In this document: in pieces, positions 16,101-20,000 of the stretch | Layout: every line of letters starts with the position of its first letter | How positions within the stretch are numbered: the stretch's first letter is position 1 | IMG/VR virus record: IMGVR_UViG_3300017767_000007 | Direction: 5' to 3' (one strand) | Length of the DNA: 20,000 bases | Origin: an uncultured virus (IMG/VR IMGVR_UViG_3300017767_000007) | Lineage: Duplodnaviria > Heunggongvirae > Uroviricota > Caudoviricetes | The notes under the pieces: generated by a model | What the model was told of the DNA's origin: nothing | The model's input: only the letters and a program-made list of their open reading frames with translations | Database searches by the model: none | Translations under genes and position numbers: made by a program

Positions 16101-17311
16101 TAGTTAATGCCTCCGTGATGTGCAATTCTGTTAAGGGACTCAGTACCTCTTTTACGGAAGGTATTTGCTCTTAGGTCTTTGCCATCACCGAAAACTGCTT
16201 GGTCTTCATAGATATAGCCAGCTGCTAAATCAGCACAAACCTCTCTTATGATATGCGCTATTTCTCCTTCTTGTACTGTTACTCCGCTTGCGTGGTCAAA
16301 TGATAATCCTGTTGCCCCTGTTAATCTTGTAAATGTAAATGTTGGAATTATTGAACCATTACTATCACCGCTTTCTGAAATAGTAATTCCTGTTGGTGCT
16401 ACGGTATAGACACCAGGAGAAGTAATGGAAGTGCTTGATATAATTCCTGTTGTATTCAAAACAACAGTTACAGTAGCATTGCCAAAAGAAGATGACGAAG
16501 TTATTGTTGGGGTCGAAGCATACTTTGTAGTATCGGTAACTGTAATTGATTGTAGTTGTCCTGTGGAATCAAGGACTGCTGTTAGTGTGTTAGTACCAAA
16601 GTCAGTAGAATCAGCAACTGTGATAGGTGGAATAGATGGATAATATGTAGTGTCTGTAATAACTATATTGCTAATAACTCCAGAAGTAACTGTAAATGTG
16701 CCACCTGCACTACTGCCGATATTAAATGTGCCAGTTCCGTCTGTTGAGCCATCATCTGCTAAAGCACCACCATTAACACCACTCAAAGTTATACTGCTAA
16801 CTTGAAAGTGAACAGTATAAGAGCCAATGCTGACTCCGTTTACAAGATAGTTTCCTGGCTGGCAATTTGTGTTAGTGCCTCCGATAGTATATGATGCTGT
16901 TGTTGCGCTAATTCCGTATGTTCCAGCAAATCCACTACCTGTTCCACCTGTTGCAGTTAATGTTCCTACAGGATAAGTGTCGCCAGCAACTGCAATAGTT
17001 AAAGCAGATATTCCTCCGTCTTTTCCAGTCCATTGAAATGAATCGCCATCAACATTGCCCTTTGCAGAAGCAGTAAATAGATTAGCGTTAGTGACAGTTA
17101 CTTCAGTTGCTTGAGCCAAAGAATCGGCATTTGTTGTAGTAGCAGCCAATGACTTGCTTGGTTCATCACGACCTCTTGAAAAAAATTCTTGGTCTATGTC
17201 AATACAAGCCCTTCTTATTGCTCCTGTTAATCTTGATGCAGCTGCAATACGCTCTTGAGAACTAAGTCCCATTCGGTCAGCAACATCAGATGTGGAACAA
17301 TAATAAACCAT
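16100..17311 (-). CDS. Head-tail adaptor (Mu gp36/gp6-like) with a large T/G/S-rich insertion
   Basis: N-terminal YCSTSDVADRMG...IRRACIDIDQEF and C-terminal IIREVCADLAAGYIYE...GTESLNRIA are the two halves of an adaptor, separated by about 295 aa of beta-rich sequence. Confidence 0.7.
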   Translation of the reverse strand: MVYYCSTSDVADRMGLSSQERIAAASRLTGAIRRACIDIDQEFFSRGRDEPSKSLAATTTNADSLAQATEVTVTNANLFTASAKGNVDGDSFQWTGKDGGISALTIAVAGDTYPVGTLTATGGTGSGFAGTYGISATTASYTIGGTNTNCQPGNYLVNGVSIGSYTVHFQVSSITLSGVNGGALADDGSTDGTGTFNIGSSAGGTFTVTSGVISNIVITDTTYYPSIPPITVADSTDFGTNTLTAVLDSTGQLQSITVTDTTKYASTPTITSSSSFGNATVTVVLNTTGIISSTSITSPGVYTVAPTGITISESGDSNGSIIPTFTFTRLTGATGLSFDHASGVTVQEGEIAHIIREVCADLAAGYIYEDQAVFGDGKDLRANTFRKRGTESLNRIAHHGGIN

Positions 17312-17312
17312 T

Positions 17313-17468
17313 TCACATCAGCACCTGAGCATCCATTCCGAGAGAAGCAAGCATAGCAAAGAAGGCATATTTCAAGTATTTAGCCATTGTTGATAATTCA
17401 AAGACTGCTTGTTCAAGCAAACGAACCCTGTCGTCTAAATCTTCAACTCTATCTTCTAAATTTGCCAT
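17313..17468 (-). CDS. Small coiled-coil protein with a C-terminal hydrophobic segment (51 aa; XhlA/holin-like architecture), not in the ORF track
   Basis: Translated by hand: MANLEDRVEDLDDRVRLLEQAVFELSTMAKYLKYAFFAMLASLGMDAQVLM*. An alternative in-frame ATG at 17477 overlaps the upstream stop (ATGA). It fills the operon gap exactly. Confidence 0.75.
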   Translation of the reverse strand: MANLEDRVEDLDDRVRLLEQAVFELSTMAKYLKYAFFAMLASLGMDAQVLM

Positions 17469-17473
17469 TACAA

Positions 17474-17653
17474 TCATTCCTCTTCAATCATTTCTTTTGC
17501 GTCTTCTGCTATACCTGTTACTTCTTCAATAATTTCCTCGATTTCATCAAGGGTAATTTTTCCGTCAGCCATAACTCTTTTGTAAAGAGCAAGACCCTTT
17601 TCACCTACATAGGCAGCAACCATAGCATACAGCACAATACTTTCTAATTCCAT
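17474..17653 (-). CDS. Small protein with an N-terminal hydrophobic helix and acidic tail (59 aa; putative holin-like membrane protein), not in the ORF track
   Basis: Translated by hand: MELESIVLYAMVAAYVGEKGLALYKRVMADGKITLDEIEEIIEEVTGIAEDAKEMIEEE*. RBS GTGAGG upstream; starts 2 nt after the previous stop. Confidence 0.75.
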   Translation of the reverse strand: MELESIVLYAMVAAYVGEKGLALYKRVMADGKITLDEIEEIIEEVTGIAEDAKEMIEEE

Positions 17654-17655
17654 TT

Positions 17656-17883
17656 TTAGTCCTCACTTTGAATTTGAACGACTTTGCTCCAGGGAATTAC
17701 TAAGAAGTGTCGCTCACCCTTCTTCTTAGAAACCAACAAACCATGAGGTGTTTCTTTGATATACACATTGGTATAGCATCTTTCAGGAGGTTGATAAACA
17801 ACCTTTCCTCTATATACCATCTCATCAGTCATATTCTTAGCACGAGACGATGCTCTTTTAACATTAACGGACATATTTATCAC
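17656..17883 (-). CDS. Hypothetical small basic beta-rich protein (possible SH3/Sm-like barrel)
   Basis: Co-oriented and tightly packed ORF ending in FLVIPWSKVVQI. The true start may be ATG 17874 or further downstream. Confidence 0.6.
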   Translation of the reverse strand: MINMSVNVKRASSRAKNMTDEMVYRGKVVYQPPERCYTNVYIKETPHGLLVSKKKGERHFLVIPWSKVVQIQSED

Positions 17884-17886
17884 TAA

Positions 17887-20000
17887 CTACATTCTTAATT
17901 CGTAATTATTCATCAACCATCTTCCTCTATCATGTAGTTGTTGATAATCAACAATAAGAAGTATTCTTACAGGCATTGGTTCTTCCGTAGGCTCACCCGT
18001 ATTTGGGTCAATCATAAATGCTTCGTGTTTCCCTGCATCCATTACTCTAACATTGTTTAGTCTTGTATCTCTCGACGCAGGATAAATTCTTAGTCTGGTG
18101 CTGGCGACCATTCCCGAAGCAACATCTCTCATACTTTCAACAAAAAAGATTGGTATTGGAGTATTAGGACTACCGCTATTAAATGTTTGATATTCAGTTA
18201 GTCCCATTCTATCATCTTGTCCGAAAAACATATACTCACGGCCTGTATTCGTAGCATGTGAACCAATGTCTATAATATCAACAACTACAGGATTTTCAGT
18301 ATTTACTGGGGTAAAGACTGACACATCAGCATTATCATCACCACCTGAAGTTACTCCTAACTCTATTGTATCTTGGTCTTGCAGTAATCTAAATGGACTA
18401 AAATTATTTGAAGTTGGGTTTTGGTCGTGTTTGAATAGTGGATAGCCACCACCTCCACCACCACCACCGCCTGATGAAGAAATTACAAGAGTTTCATTTC
18501 CACCTAAAGTTAGTTTAGTAAGAGTAATGTTAGCCCCTGCAGTCAATTTATTTTCTAAGAAATCTTCTGTTGTATCTGCGGAAGATATTTTTACTTTGTT
18601 ATTATCTGCCGAAAATACAAAATTATTTCCTACTGTTGCAGAAGCAGCAGTATTAAGAGTAATGTTCATATTTGCACCTGCACCTAATTTTGCATCAAGA
18701 TAAGCAGGTAATGTATCTGTTGCGTTTGTTCTAACCTTTGACCCATCAATAGTAATAGTTTTTATTGGCCCTGCGCCTGTTGCTTCAACGGCAAATGGTT
18801 GTGGGTTGGGAAGAGTTTGAACAAGATGCTGACCATCAACAAAGTTAAGAGTAGTAGCTGCTGTTAAGAGGGATGAACCTTCATCTTGAATAGTAAGAGC
18901 ACTACCTCCACCTCCACCTCCTGTCGCAGCAGTAGTTTGTATTGTTCCGTCATTAAATTGAATACCGCCAGTCCCAACAGTCAATGTTTGTGTAGTAGGA
19001 TTAAAGTTAAATGTGCTTCCTTGACCCATATCTAAAAATGCTGCATACGGAAGTGTGTCATTTACAAATGGAATAGCGAAAGATGTGTATATTCTTGTGT
19101 TAGTGCCTCCTGTATCAAGAGGTTGAATCATAGAACTCTTTTTTGACCTGTATACTCCATCTGAAATAGCGTAAAATTGCCAAGAACCCCTAATGTTTGG
19201 TCTTGATGCAATGTGCAATTCAGTAACTCCTCTCGTAGTTCTAAGGCGAACTCCCTCAGCAACAGTTAACTTTTTAAGATAGTGATTGCCAGGTGGGAGT
19301 GATTGTTGATTGTCTCCTGTCCTTGAATTAGGAACAATTGTTATATTTTCTAATTTATTTACAGTTCCTGAACCATAAGTTTGTCTGCCTGTTCCTGAAA
19401 GAGGTAATTCTTTAACATCTACTGTGCCAGCAGCGTGAAAAATCCAATGCCCCTTTCCACCTTCAAATGAATTTTTTAGAGCCATTGTAAAACTTCTTAC
19501 TCTAAATGTTTTGTCTATTTCTTTTATTGGGTCAGTTTGAAATATACCAGCATTTGCTTCTTTAAAACTTCCTGTATTTGTTGTAATTAAATCGTAAAAA
19601 TCAACTTCAGGGTGAAGAGTTACTTCTGATTCGTTAATGCTATAGTGCGGTAATACATCTCTCAACACTTCCACAGTAGGATATATGCCATGAGGTAAAC
19701 AAGGAGGATTTGTTGTATTAAACTTAAACTTTAAGTTTGGTATTGTGCTGCTTCTCATTATTGTTGTTGCAGCAGAACTTTGAGAAGAAAACCAAATAGG
19801 AAATTTTTGTGGGAAATAAATAATATCTCCTGTGGCTGATGTTGCATTGTTAAATTCAACTGTAATTACACCCGTTGAAGAGTTTGAAATTCCAACAGGA
19901 CCATTATGATGAAATGTGCCGTAAAGTTCATGAGCAGTAATACCAGCACCACCAAATACTAAGGTGATTTCATTATGCTGATGGTTAATTGAACCAAGAG
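17887..20000 (-). CDS. Fibre/appendage-like structural protein (>700 aa; 5' end outside window)
   Basis: The reading frame stays open upstream of ATG 19758 to the window edge. Contains fibre-type motifs (GIQFNDGTIQTTAA, LTIQDEGS...ATTLNFV), two poly-Gly hinges and a duplicated KV...DT...L..KL.AGAN repeat. Confidence 0.6.
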   Translation of the reverse strand, partial: LGSINHQHNEITLVFGGAGITAHELYGTFHHNGPVGISNSSTGVITVEFNNATSATGDIIYFPQKFPIWFSSQSSAATTIMRSSTIPNLKFKFNTTNPPCLPHGIYPTVEVLRDVLPHYSINESEVTLHPEVDFYDLITTNTGSFKEANAGIFQTDPIKEIDKTFRVRSFTMALKNSFEGGKGHWIFHAAGTVDVKELPLSGTGRQTYGSGTVNKLENITIVPNSRTGDNQQSLPPGNHYLKKLTVAEGVRLRTTRGVTELHIASRPNIRGSWQFYAISDGVYRSKKSSMIQPLDTGGTNTRIYTSFAIPFVNDTLPYAAFLDMGQGSTFNFNPTTQTLTVGTGGIQFNDGTIQTTAATGGGGGGSALTIQDEGSSLLTAATTLNFVDGQHLVQTLPNPQPFAVEATGAGPIKTITIDGSKVRTNATDTLPAYLDAKLGAGANMNITLNTAASATVGNNFVFSADNNKVKISSADTTEDFLENKLTAGANITLTKLTLGGNETLVISSSGGGGGGGGGYPLFKHDQNPTSNNFSPFRLLQDQDTIELGVTSGGDDNADVSVFTPVNTENPVVVDIIDIGSHATNTGREYMFFGQDDRMGLTEYQTFNSGSPNTPIPIFFVESMRDVASGMVASTRLRIYPASRDTRLNNVRVMDAGKHEAFMIDPNTGEPTEEPMPVRILLIVDYQQLHDRGRWLMNNYELRM

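Noticed and set aside
1325..16643. Numerous 60-150 aa plus-strand and alternate-frame ORFs (e.g. 8611-9045, 9661-10104, 15370-15687)
   Set aside because: Fully nested within or antisense to long structural genes, with no recognisable motifs or RBSs.
17387..17647. 86-aa plus-strand ORF in the track
   Set aside because: Antisense shadow of two better-supported minus-strand small genes that fit the operon.
1..20000. CRISPR arrays, tRNA/rRNA genes, integrase/transposase, tail sheath
   Set aside because: None recognised. Intergenic gaps are all about 60 nt or shorter, leaving no room for RNA genes or arrays.

Overview
This window is part of an AT-rich tailed dsDNA virus genome (Caudoviricetes, siphovirus-type with no sheath gene). 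The host is most likely an archaeon, plausibly a Marine Group II/Poseidoniales 'magrovirus'-like system; this is inferred from GGTGA/GGAGTGA-type RBSs, an ERCC4-(HhH)2 gene and TTTAAG boxes, not from a database search. Nearly the whole window is one tightly coupled minus-strand morphogenesis operon. In order of transcription: fibre-like protein (runs off the window), 75-aa ORF, two unannotated small membrane proteins, head-tail adaptor with a large insert, gp10-like neck protein, tail terminator with an N-terminal extra domain, tail tube, tail assembly chaperone pair, tape measure, a 2537-aa tail-tip/hub protein and a GNAT acetyltransferase. The operon converges on a plus-strand ERCC4/HhH nuclease fragment. 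The standout signal is a complete -1 programmed ribosomal frameshift cassette at the end of the tail chaperone gene: slippery heptamer C CCU UUG (12813-12807), an 8-nt spacer, and a predicted H-type RNA pseudoknot (12798-12758) with a mutually exclusive alternative hairpin. All protein calls come from motif recognition and gene order by eye.
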